Below, piece after piece: positions 10,287-22,915 of a stretch of 35,658 bases of DNA. This DNA is from Seison nebaliae (taxonomy: Eukaryota). The position numbers and the translations under genes are program-made. How positions within the stretch are numbered: the first letter of the stretch is position 1; every line of letters begins with the position of its first letter. The DNA lies in contig JALJEE010003044.1 in NCBI GenBank assembly GCA_023231475.1, forward strand, positions 1 to 35,658, read 5' to 3'. A model generated the notes under the pieces. It made no database searches, was not told the DNA's origin, and saw only the letters and a program-made list of their open reading frames with translations.

Positions 10287-11945
10287 AAAAGAGCGATGGC
10301 GGGAGGGTGACGATGATACAAATTAATTCTATCATATATCTATGTGTTTCGGTCTGGATGCATTTAATATGTGGGCGTGTATGTATGTATTCCGTCTATC
10401 TTCTCCTGGAATAACAGTAGTAATAATAAGTGGTAGTAATGGTGATGATGATGGTGGTGACTTGGTGGTGGTGATTGTGTCAGAGAGAAAATAATTGAAT
10501 AATTAACTTCATTTTAAAAAAAGGGAATGATGGAAGAGGTAAATTGGAGAATAATCGATTGGAAATAAATGAGATAAAATAATTGAGGATGTGTATATGT
10601 CATATTATTATTTATTCCATTGGATTCAGGTGAAAATGAACCGTTTTCTTCTTCTTTATTCAAAAGAATTGAACTTTTCCATTATTTTAACGTTCCTTCT
10701 CACAATTTGTCAGTCAATCCATTGAGTGTCACGACACTGTTTAATTTCCGTTTGGAATATCTCTCAATTCATTTCTTCATTTGGTCATTTTAATCGTCTT
10801 CCATTTCCGAGTAGAAAAAGGTTTTTGTGAGATTTGTGAAGAAATGTTTATTCATATGTTTTCGAAATGTAAAGAAAATTAATTCTGGAAAATAATTGGG
10901 AGAAAAGAAAGATTTGAGAGAGAGAAATGGATGAGAAGGAGAGATGTGTGAATGAGAATAGATAGTCATTCGAAAATAGATAGACGTATGTTGTTCGTGA
11001 GGAGTAGGAAAATTGATGAGAAATTGGTGAGTAGAAATATGAAAATTTTCTTTCGCATTCTCACGCGCATTTAATATGAAGATCAGTGACGTGATCTTCC
11101 ATTGTTGTTGATGGATACGTATCTGTCTCTCTCATCACTCTCTCATGGAAGATACGAATCGACTTCACTGTAGACATAAAAGAAAGTGAGTCGTTTCACT
11201 GAATGAATTTGAATGATTAAGTGGATTATTTTCCTTATCGATTCAATCACGGGACGGGACACACTCACAGAGAGACACAATGTTTATATATTCGAATATA
11301 TTATTCATGTGTTTAACGGATATGATCATATTAATTCGAATTGAAGAGTTGGATGAATGATTCGTCCATCCTCATCTCGTTCTTCATATTTCACATTTGA
11401 CATGCAAATGCCGTTAATGGTTGTTAGATTATTGTTGGGATATGAGTATGTGGATAAGAGAGATGAAGGATGAGAATGATAGAAGAAGATTGATGAATAT
11501 GAAACTCGAATTATATTTCATTTTCTAACGTTACTACACGAAGTATGAAGATTAGAAGATTTCTTTTTTTTTTTTATTTGTTTTCTCCATCACATGAATA
11601 TCATTCGCATAACACATCTCATTGACCTCACCAAACATTTAGAAATTTCATTTGTAGAATTTTTCTCTTCCACAATCCTTCTTCCTCACCATCATTCCCG
11701 GACGATATCCATATATAATATCATCTCTCTTGATCTCTTCTTTAATCTCCCCCATCATATCCCTACGGGAACAATATCAGTTCCATCAAATTCAAATATT
11801 TTCATTCTTTTATTTGTTGTATAAAGTCAATTATTTCTACCTTTAAATTTCCATCATCCTTCAGATCATTTTAAATGTGAAGAAGATGTTAATTGGCGAT
11901 CAATTCTCCCTCAACAAATCATGAGACGAGATAATTGATGAGTTA

Positions 11946-12009
11946 ATGGATCGATTATTTAAGAAGAGTAATAGTCGTTCAATTCTGTCAAATCGTAATC
12001 GAAATAACG

Positions 12010-12056
<47 letters not shown>

Positions 12057-15000
12057 TCATATCCGAAAAATGAAAGAAGCGATCTCCCATCAGATCGGAT
12101 GGATGATGATGATGATGATGATGAATTTACTCAATTGGAGAACGATTCGTTGTCTCGATTGAATGTTGGAATGAGGAATGAAGAAGAGAAAAGAAGGAAG
12201 AAGAGTAAACGATCAAAGAATAAATTGGAATCATCAACACCAATAAAGATTGTGCAAACGGGTGTGAAAAACGTGTATATTCTCAACGAACGGAACGTGG
12301 ATGATTGTGTCATCATCGATCGTCGATGTGCCAATACTTCCAGTAGTTTATCTAATTCGATGGTCTCTCTACCATCATCTACGACGGAGGTAAATGATAA
12401 AAACCGAAATTTATTGGACCCATCCAATATGGATCCAATTGGAAAAGTTGAAAAAGAGAAGAATGAAGATGAATTGACTGATCCGTTCGACAAACAGAAA
12501 GATGAGAATTTCGATGAGAAGGAGGAGAAGATTCTGGCTAAGAAGCACAAACTCGTCCGTCGTTTACATCGTTCCACTCTCGACAATCGACATTTTATGA
12601 CGAATGACATGAGTTTCGTCAGATCATCGTTAAACCTCTTTCAACCGTCATCATACACTTCGTACAACTTGTCCAATGCGTCTAATAATCGGAAATTAAT
12701 CCTTTCATCCGACTGCGACAACAATGGTGAAATGAGGAATAATCTGATGAATGAGTTTGAGAAGAAGAACGAGAAAACATGTACGGAATTGAAGAGGATC
12801 CATTTGAATCGACGATCGTCGTGTTCTATTCTCAATTCGGTAAGTCAACTCAAACAGATGAAGATTAGCGATGAAATGAGAAGATTCAGCTTCATCAATT
12901 CATTCGATGAGAAAATGAGAAATGCATCGATCGAACAGAATCATGATAGATTAGAAGATCAAATAAGTCAGCATTGTATATCATCAACATCATCATCAGT
13001 CTCGCCCTTATCCACATCTACATCAGGATTAATGACGAAGGATGATGAACGAGATCATTCATTTCTCAATGAGAATAATGTGTCAATGAAATTGAGTGAG
13101 AAGGTTCGTTCATTTCTTTTTCTTTCATTCTCTTCTCTCATTCTCGCCATCACCTCTACTTTTCTTTTGTGAATGATGATGATGATGAATATTAATGACG
13201 ATATTATCTGTTGAATATATCCTCTCCTCTTTCCATTTCACTGTATCAATTGGGCAGACAATACGAATGGATTTGAAGAGTCGATGCAAATAATTTTCAT
13301 TGATTATTAAGTCGAATTCTATAAATCAAATTTTATTGTTTTCAAATGACCTCTAAATTTCTCTTCAGTTCATAGTCGACGTCTTCTGTTCGATATAGTT
13401 CGACATCCATTCGTTCAAGAAAGAAATTGCTTCCAATCAATAGTCTGGTACTTCTTGAATCTTGAAAATTTTTCTTCCAATGCTTCTGAGACGAGCAATT
13501 GAGAGGAAGTTGTGCATTGTTCATTCATACCTTTATAGAACCTCTTATATATGATTATATATGATTCATTGATAATATGGGACGGGAATAAAGATATAGA
13601 TGTAGCGGATAATTCCCTCCTTCTCCCTCCTCCTCACATATATTAGATATTTTGTATGGATATGACCTTCTAATGTTGAGTTGGCGTAAAAGAAGAATAA
13701 GCAAAAAACGGAAGTAGTTGTTTTGCTTATTTATTATAAATAATCATTAAGTTCGACTGGACTTCCAATGGAACAATTAGGAAGCATTGATGGGAAAGAT
13801 GAAATTATTATCTTTCATTCTTATCATCAATCTCACATCATCTTCATCAGAATTAACATTATCGTCATCGTCGTTATCATCATCATCATCAGCATCGTCT
13901 TGCTCATTAGTCTATTCTTTATCAGTTTTTCATTTCAACTTCATCCTTTTCATCCATCCATTCATCCATCCTCTTCATAAGCATATGAAGGAAGGAACGA
14001 AGGAAGGAAGGAAGGAAGGAAATGGAAGAGTAGAGGAAGTTCAAGGATTCGGACATTTATTTTCCTTTCTTTTCTTTAATTCGTTGCTTTCCTTTTTTTT
14101 TTTATTAATCTTCATATTCATCCATCGATAGAAATGGATGATATCTCTTTATCTGAACGTGTATTGTGTATAATTTGGAAATTGATGAAATAATTTAATA
14201 GAAATTACGTTCAATTGTTGATTGGTGTAGTTGAAGTAGGAATGGAGTGTTGAAATTGAATGAGTCGGTTCGTTTCTTCACATGTCTCAAGAAGAAGTTG
14301 TTTATTTGGATGGTCTTCAAATGTACTTTTATGGTCTTCTTATCATCAATTAATCGATGATGATATCAATAAGATAATTTGATAAATTAATTAGTGGATA
14401 TTGAAATAAGTGAAATATTTTACTAAATTTCCTCTTTCTCGATTTTTCAATCGTTCACATTATCCATTTGTTTTCCCACTATCGAAAACGTTTTCCATTT
14501 ATGTTATTGTACGAATGTTAATGAATGTTTGATGAATGTTTGATGAATGTTGATGTGAAGGTGTAAGTTGAAGATGGGTTAGGGTGTTGGTTAGCTTGTA
14601 TATGTATATATGTTATAAAGAGATGATCAATCAGTTTGTAAAGAAATAATTTTGATGTGGATGAGTCAATATTATACGTATTTAATTCTAACTAATTTTT
14701 ATTTTGGAGCAATTAATTCATAAATTTCTCAATTTTTAGAATGAATCAAGAAATGTAAATAATAATAAGAGTTCAGAAAGAAGCAGTAATCAATCTTTTC
14801 TACATATTATCTCCGATTCGGAATTCAATCCAAATCGAAGTCTTCCACTCGCCACATCATCACCATGTCGACGACGGTCTATGACATGTGAAGAACAACT
14901 CAGTTTCCAAAACAATAAATCATCAACAAATCCCATTTGTTCGCCATTGTCATTATCATCGTCATCTATCTCGCTGTTGTCTCAAACGGAACGTCGAACA

Positions 15001-18000
15001 TCCACCGATCAATCTAATGTCGTTCGGAAGAGAATCGATGGACAATCACCTCATCATTTCCGAAGGAGATCAAATGAAAATAAGAACCGAAAAAAAAATC
15101 GAAAATTAAACTTTCTCCAACGAAAGAAAAGAAATAACAATAATAACAGTGGTCGTTATAATAATCAAATAAAGGAGGATCAAATTCGAAAGAATCGCAA
15201 ATTATTTAGTAGAAGTTTCTCATCGTCATCGATATGTCGTTTGATTTCTAGAAACATTCGTCACCGTCAAATGGATAAAAAGTTTAGTCGAACAACGACT
15301 AATAAATGGTCGAAGAATAATCATTTGATGGAGAAACATTTTCCATCAAACATTCTGAGAAGACGATTAGAATCCAATTCCGTCAAATGTTTCATATCGA
15401 ACGAATATGGAAATGATAAAATGAATTATGAATTCTCTCGTCTACCGCCAACAATTGGTTTAACAACAACAATAACATCATCAATGTCGTCGTCATCCTC
15501 ATCATCATTTAATATGAGACGAAGAAGTTTAAGTGAAAATGGAAAATTGCATAAATTATCAAAAAGAAGAAAAAAACGAATGAGGAAACCGTTACCAACG
15601 AATTCTTTATTAGATCCATTATCGAATCAAACTGATCATCCACAATCAAATCAATTAACTTCTCCAATATTACCCGTGATTCATAATCATCTTTCGAATG
15701 ATGATAATGATTATGAGAATTCTTTAATACAATTCCAATCACAATCATCTTCTTATCATCATCATTATCAACAACAACAACAACAACAACAACAATTACA
15801 ACAACAAATTTATGAACAACATCAACAACAACAACAAACGAATATTATTCCTTTACTTCGACATGAAAGTTCATTAAGTTTAAGTCGAAATGAGACGAGT
15901 TTAATTCGAATGAATAATATTTATCGTTCTCGATTTCCAGCAGTTTGTGCTGAAATGGAATTCAAAATCGAGAATCTCATACTGGAATTGATCAGTTTCG
16001 CTGATAGTTATCTTCCACTTTTCAGTTTGACATTAGGCGAATCGGCACAACATCTTATAAAAAATTTGAAGAAGAAACGACAGAAAGTGAAGATGAAACA
16101 AAAAAAGAATTATCGTCATCGAAAACGTTCGAAAGTTGATGGAGAGGAAAACGGAGAAATAGAACAACAACAACAACAACAACAATTGAATAAAGTGAAT
16201 CCATCAAATTCATTCGATATTGATCAATTGACGATATCGGATAGAATACAACGTCATCGATCATCAACATTCAATTTTCCTACGAAAAATGCCGATTATG
16301 AAATCGAACATATCAAGAGGAATTATTTGACTTCGGAACAAGATACACCAGATGAGAATCAATCATCAGCATCGTCAGTTAATGGTCAATCGAAGAAGAA
16401 AGTGAAATATTCGAAGAAAGTTTATGAGATACTCTCCAACGATGGTATGGCACGATTCGTTTTTAATCATCTCATCGAAATATCATGTGACGTTTTGGAT
16501 AAGTCGAATGCTCAACGTATCTCCTCCGTCTATTTCACGGAGATTGGAACGAAGATATATGAATTGTTAATGAAATTGAAAGTTAAATCGCCATTCGCAT
16601 GTTCAGCAATGGAGGATTTCTTCAAAAAACTTCTTCTAATAATTTCTCGACCGGCTCGAATTCTCAGTTGTCTCGAATTCGAGTCAATTGTCGAAACGAA
16701 CAAATCGAATAATCAAGAAATGATGAAGAAATCATCTGATCATAATCGTTTAATTCATTCAATCATCAATTTGAATGAACAACAACAACAAAAACAACAA
16801 AATAAATCGTTCAATGATATCGTACCAATGGAGAATGAAGATGATTGTGAGATATTGAAACAATCAACATCGTTCGTTGGAGATAAATTACTTCCCCTCA
16901 CTGATAATAATTGTGTTCGTCAATTATTGAATTCCAATCGTCGTTGTTGTTGTTTCAAAGGTAATTTGAGTTCGTTAGATCGTCGTCGTGTTCATTCGTT
17001 TCGTTTAACTTCTTCTTATCATACTTCCACTTCATTTCGTGACGAGATGATTCGTTCGAAGAAGATGAATAAAGTGTTGGATGATGAAAGTAAACGAAGT
17101 AGAACATTGACATCAAATACAGATATGATATTGATGAAGAAACGTTCATCTGATACCATCAAATCTATCGATTCGAATGATTCAAAGAAGTTTCTCGACG
17201 ATAAAGAATATTTGGAGAAACAATTTCATTTTTGTGATTATCTTCCCAAATCCATTCTCGATTCAGCACTACCCAGTACCGCTAGTAGTGATAATCGTTC
17301 GTCCATCACATCCAATTCATTATCTCCTGATATTTACTCCTCCCAATATTCGTCGTTGAAGAAACATTCAACTTTCTCCACTTCCACTGCCAATTCCAAT
17401 ACATCTGTCAATTCCATTCACAACATTTTATCGAAGAAATCGACAGTCGATCCATATCGATTCGAATCAACATCTACACAACCGATCGCCATTCATTCAA
17501 ATCAGCCATCACATCATATTCCAACAGTCATTTCTAAATCAAACAAAATGGAAATTTCCCTCAATAATTCGAGTAGTTTTGGTTCGTTAACCGAATCGAA
17601 TGATCGATTCTTTTCCGATTTTAGAACATCCATCACTAACGCCCCATCACCAATAAATAATTTTCAATTGAAATCGAACGCATTCTGTCGCTGTCATCAG
17701 AATAGAAGATCAGTTCGTAAACCATTTCCTGATCAATCACTATCTCCAACCGTCAATTATTATGCCCAACCATTTCAACGTCATTCCAATGACTATTATC
17801 ATTGTACGAATTGTCAGTGTGTGAATAGAAATTCCATTTCATTAATATCTAATTCAGGTGTCAACGACAGATTATCATCGTCGAATTGTTCGGAGCCAAT
17901 TAAACCGTTGAAAGATGATGAAGTCGTCAATCAACCATTCCGTCAACCGACGGAAAAGGATTTCGAAATAATTAAACAGATATCAAACGGCGCTTATGGT

Positions 18001-21000
18001 GCCGTCGATTTAGTACGATCGAAAGAGACGAAAAAATTGTGGGCATTGAAACGAATCATGAAAGATGATGTGTCGAATGTGAAACAAATGAATCAAGTCT
18101 TTACCGAACGTGACATTTTGACATATATCGATAATAATCCGTTTGTTGTGTCATTATATTGCACATTCGAAACAAAGAATCATTTATGTTTAGTGATGGA
18201 ATATGTGGAAGGTGGTGATGTGGCAACATTGATAAAGAACGTCGGTCATCTCACTCATGAGATGGCACAACAATATTTCGCTGAAATGACATTGGCAGTG
18301 GAATATCTTCATAAAAATGGAATAATTCATCGAGATCTTAAACCCGAAAATATGTTAGTGACAGCATCTGGTCATTTGAAATTGACAGATTTCGGTCTCT
18401 CTAAAATGGGACTGATGAGTCTCACAACAAATTATTATGAAGGACATATTGATCGAAAAGAAACGGAAGAATTTATCGATAAACATATTTGTGGAACACC
18501 ACAATATATTGCACCGGAAGTTATTCTACGATTGTCATATGGGAAACCGGTTGATTGGTGGTCGATGGGTGTGATTTTATATCAATTCCTTTTGGGTATC
18601 ACTCCATTTATCGGATCGACTCCTGATCAATTATTCAATGAAGTTCTTTATAAACCCATCGAATTTCCCAGTGAAGATGATGTGGCGTATATTGGTGAGA
18701 AAGCTGAAGAATTGATTAAAGGTTTATTGGAATTCCAACCGAATTATCGATTAGGTACGGAAGGTGCACGACAAATAAAGAGTCATAATTTTTATGAGAA
18801 TTTCGATTGGGAGAATTTGTTGACGAACGAAATGGGATTCATTCCCAATTTACAAACACCAGATGACACAAGTTATTTTGATTCGAGAAAAGAACGTTAT
18901 CGTAATCGTAATCGTCGTACATCGTCACAAACTAATTTATCTTCACCATCAACTTCATCATTAAAAAGGAATTTTGATGAATTATCATTAAAGACGAATG
19001 AAAAGAAGACGAATGATGACGAGAAAGTAAACGAGGAATATGATGAAGAGGAAATGAATTTGAAGAATTATAATGAATTAATTATGAATGAAAATAATGA
19101 GAAAGTATTCGATACGAATTCGGAAAACTTGAAATTCAATCGAAGTTTTATCGGAGGAGATGATGGAAAGATGAAGAATCAACAGGATGATGATGATGAT
19201 GATGATGATATTTCAAGTGAATTATCAGATGAATTATCGTCATGTTCATCATTATCTGAATCGGAATCATCAGCTGAGATGATGGAGGAGGAAGAGAATA
19301 ATTCGATTAATTCAAATCAATTGAGAATAACAAATGAAAATCGAGAAAGGTCATCATTGTCAATGTCATTATCGATATCGTTAAGAGAGAAGAGATTGGG
19401 AGAGAATGGAATGAATAAATCAAAAGAAGAATATCTCAATAAGACTATCAAAGAGATGAGTAGTTGTAAAAAAATCGATTGTGCATCTGGAGAGAATGTG
19501 AAGATTGGAGGAGAAGTTGATGGAAATCAATCTGGTGCAGTTCGTATAAGAGAAGGAAGAAATCGGAAATGTAACGATGGAAATACTTCGGAATTCTTCT
19601 CCAAATTCCAGTCATATTCACCTCGATATGGATTATCACAACATATGTCGATGTCTAATGTTGATATGAATTCATCACCATCACAATCCATTCTCAAAGG
19701 ATTATCTACTTCATCCGATAGGGAACAATTGGCGAATAGTTTCCATAGTGGCATTTCTATTAATAGTACATCATCAGCGGTGATATTACCCAGTCCGATA
19801 AGTGGAAATAGTTTACATCATTCATTGAATGCACCGAAATTAGCGAGTGATGATATTTGGATCGATGAATGGAGTATGAATGATGTTCATGAAGATTGTT
19901 CATCAATCAATCTTCCTGATCAATCATTAATTATTTGTGATGTCTGTCAAAAACCATCGATTGATATTCATGGCGATATGGAATATTTTGATGAGCCATA
20001 TGATTGTGTTTATAAACAAAATTCAAATAATCTCTCTCAACATCAATATCATCCACGTGATTATCTTAATATACTTCATCATCATCATCATCATCATCAC
20101 CATCAACAACAACAACAACAACAACCACAACAACAATGTCTTTCACCATCTCTATTATCATTATCACCATCATCATTAATGAAACAATCGATGATGAAAC
20201 AGAATAATGAGAAGAAATTAGAAAGTGAAGAGAGTTTCATAAAGAATAATGAGGATGAGGAAGATGAGGAAGATGAAGAAGATGAGGAAGATGAAGGTGA
20301 AATGATTGATAATGAAGATAATGAAGTGAAATTAATGAAGAAAAAGAAGAAAAATACTGATAAGAAGAAGAAGAAGAATGGTGAGAAAGATGGAAAATCA
20401 GGAAAATCGAAAGGAGCAAAACAATGTTTCAATGAATCAAGTAAATTAGTTAATAATATTTTCTCATTCTTTTCTCATGGAAAACAAAAGAATGATAAAC
20501 AATCTCCTCTTACAACCATACCATCATCATCATCATCATCAACAACAACAACAGCAATAACAACAGCAATAACAACAGTTCCAATATCATCATCAACACC
20601 ATCATTAAAATCGATCAAATGTCCACAATGTCCATCAACCACATCATCACCAATTCATCGAAAGAATAATAATTCTTCAACTCCACAAACTACTTTGTCG
20701 ACGGGAAGGACATTAGTCTCATCTCCTCTCACTTCCTCCACCATCACTTCCTCCACCATCACTGACATCACCAACGAAGTTTTAGAGGCGAAATTAACAA
20801 TGGATCGTTTATCTGATCGTTCAAAGACTGGTCAATTGATTTCTTCAAAAATTAATGAGCAGTTTATTAATAAATTAATGAAAGAGGAAATCAATTCATC
20901 CAATATGGAGACGAGACCTGTCGCCATTCGAATTCCATCGACAACCAATTTAGCGACAACGAATCATGTTGATTGTAAAATAACTGGAAATTCCATTCGT

Positions 21001-21801
21001 CACAAACGTGACACTTCAATAAATGATGTACCGTTGTTGACCAATACTCCACATCGTCTTTGTCATGGAAATAAATCTCGATTAATCAAACCATCAAAAA
21101 TGCCAGAATCACGTGATCTCCAATCGCCATTGACTAACATCATTTCTACTAATGTCTCTCGAGTTAATCATTCTCCTCTCCCTCTTTCAAGTTTCAATGA
21201 ATCGCCTGATATCAAATTGACAATTGAACGACAGTTAAATGATGACGGTTATGGTTTCCAATTGGCTATTGTATCGTTGAAACATTTGAATGAGAAGAAA
21301 TCGAAATTATCTGCTGCCATACGTAAAGTGGATGTAAATGGTGCTGGTTATCGTGGAGGATTACGTGATGGTCACATCTTCACTCATTTGAACAATGTAC
21401 CGGTGTTTGGCCTCGGTCAAAATGAAATTGTTCGAATGATCAAAACATCAGGTAAACGTCTTTTGATGACCGTGAGAGGACCGTTCATTTTATCTACTCA
21501 ATCATCAACCAATATCTCCAAAAATCACTCACTCAACAAATCGAACACGACTTCTCCAAATCAGAGCACATTGAAAACGACATCGTCACTTTCCTCCCAA
21601 CTTCATCAAATACATGAAACATCATCTCCTAATAAAGTTCTTGTCACTCCCACCGCCCCCTACAATAAGAATAAGAAGACAATGACAACATTACCTCCCT
21701 CATGTACAACAATCTCATCGACCAAACAATTATCGATAAATCAAACTACCACAACAACCACACCAACAACAACGTCGATAATACAACAACAAAAAAACTG
21801 A
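11946..21801 (+). CDS. MAST: Microtubule-associated serine/threonine kinase (MAST family), about 2740 aa. Exons 11946-13103 and 14740-21801, with a possible 72-nt exon at 13376-13447
   Basis: MAST-diagnostic kinase motifs ISNGAYGAV, HRDLKPEN, DFGLSKMGLMSLTTNYYEGHI, CGTPQYIAPEVILR, YGKPVDWWSMG and DDTSYFD, plus DUF1908 motifs and a C-terminal PDZ. The phase-0 donor AAG|GTTCGT (13104) and acceptor TTTTTAG|AAT (14739) are in frame with the 14881 ORF. Linking the first exon is an inference. Confidence 0.93.
12010..12056 (+). repeat. (AAT)n tract encoding poly-Asn in MAST exon 1
   Basis: Directly visible. Confidence 0.9.
15886..16680 (+). other. MAST DUF1908 helical region, split by an insertion of about 150 aa
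   Basis: MNNIYRSRFPAVCAEME..., DGMARFVFNHLIEISCDVLDKS...YF and KKLLLIISRPARILSCLEF match remembered MAST motifs (MNHVYKERFPKATAQME, DGALSFIHHQ, KKLMIIIARPARLLECLEF). Confidence 0.85.
17962..18900 (+). other. MAST AGC kinase domain plus the first part of the AGC C-terminal tail
   Basis: Gly-loop, catalytic Lys (ALK), HRD, DFG and APE motifs are all intact. Confidence 0.97.
21211..21474 (+). other. MAST PDZ domain
   Basis: GYGF carboxylate loop and GAGYRGGLRDGHIFTHLNNVPVFGL...EIVRMIKTSGKRLLMTV. Confidence 0.9.
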
Positions 21802-22915
21802 AAATTATTTGTCTTGTATGAGAATTTCGAGAAGGAGGGAGATATATTAGAAAAATATATCTAATCATTCTCAATTGAACAATTAAAGTTCAATGAGCAA
21901 TTTTTATTTAATTCAAAAAAATTTTTAAATTTCATTTTGCTATTTATTCTTCTTCGTGTTTATCAATATTATTCATCTCATTCTTTGCATTAGTCGCCTT
22001 TCTAAACATTTCTTCTCATTCTACTTTACCACCAAACAAAAATATTATTTTCTCATATTTTTTTATTCTTCAAACAAACATTATCATCATCATCATCATC
22101 ATGAATTTTGATGGAAGAAGTAATATAACTATACACGCTTTCCATAATCACATCCAACAACCAACAACAACAACAATTTATTATTTTTCATTATTATTTG
22201 TCAATGCATCAATTTGACCGTTCTTTTCGATTGGAACTTTACAACATTCGTCCATTATTCGCATTTAGTTTTTCACTCGTCAACGATATCGAAATCATTT
22301 TTTTTTGATAACATTATCGATATACATTATAACAACATGAATTGTGGGAATAACGTCGAATTTTCCATATGAATGTACGATGTCAATTGGATGGTTATAT
22401 ATCCGAACACATGTAAAAATTTCCATTTAAATATTCATTTCATTATACAAAACCAACAACAACAACAACAACAACAAAAACAACAACAACAGCAGTAAAA
22501 AATGATAATGATTATTATTTTGATCTCGATGCGATAAAGAATAATAATTAGAATCGTTCGCTTCTTATTATTTTGATTTTTTATGAATTATTATCACATA
22601 TGATAAGATATTCTCGTCTATTCTTTTATCTATTCTATTCCACTTATCAATTGGAGGAATACTTTCGATAATATATCATTTGTCCCATCCGACAAGAAAA
22701 GAAAAGTGAAGTTCGTGTAATTATTTACCAATTTGATCATTTTCTAGTTTTATCTTTCATTCTCTTATCAAGAAAATGTCATTTTCCCAACAGTTCCACA
22801 ACACTCAAAATTCCACATTCGATAAATTTATTCGAAAAAGAAAATTTTGGATATATTAAAAAGAAATAAAGTATAAAAAAATCAATTGATCTTTCTATTA
22901 ATTTTTCATTGTCAT

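Noticed and set aside
13768..14131. Two short ORFs in the MAST intron
   Set aside because: Built from TCA and GAAG simple repeats and T-rich sequence, with no convincing splice sites or homology.
12131..20432. Numerous short antisense or alternative-frame ORFs overlapping MAST (and similarly the 3143-6241 gene)
   Set aside because: Low-complexity shadows of the main CDS with no independent evidence.
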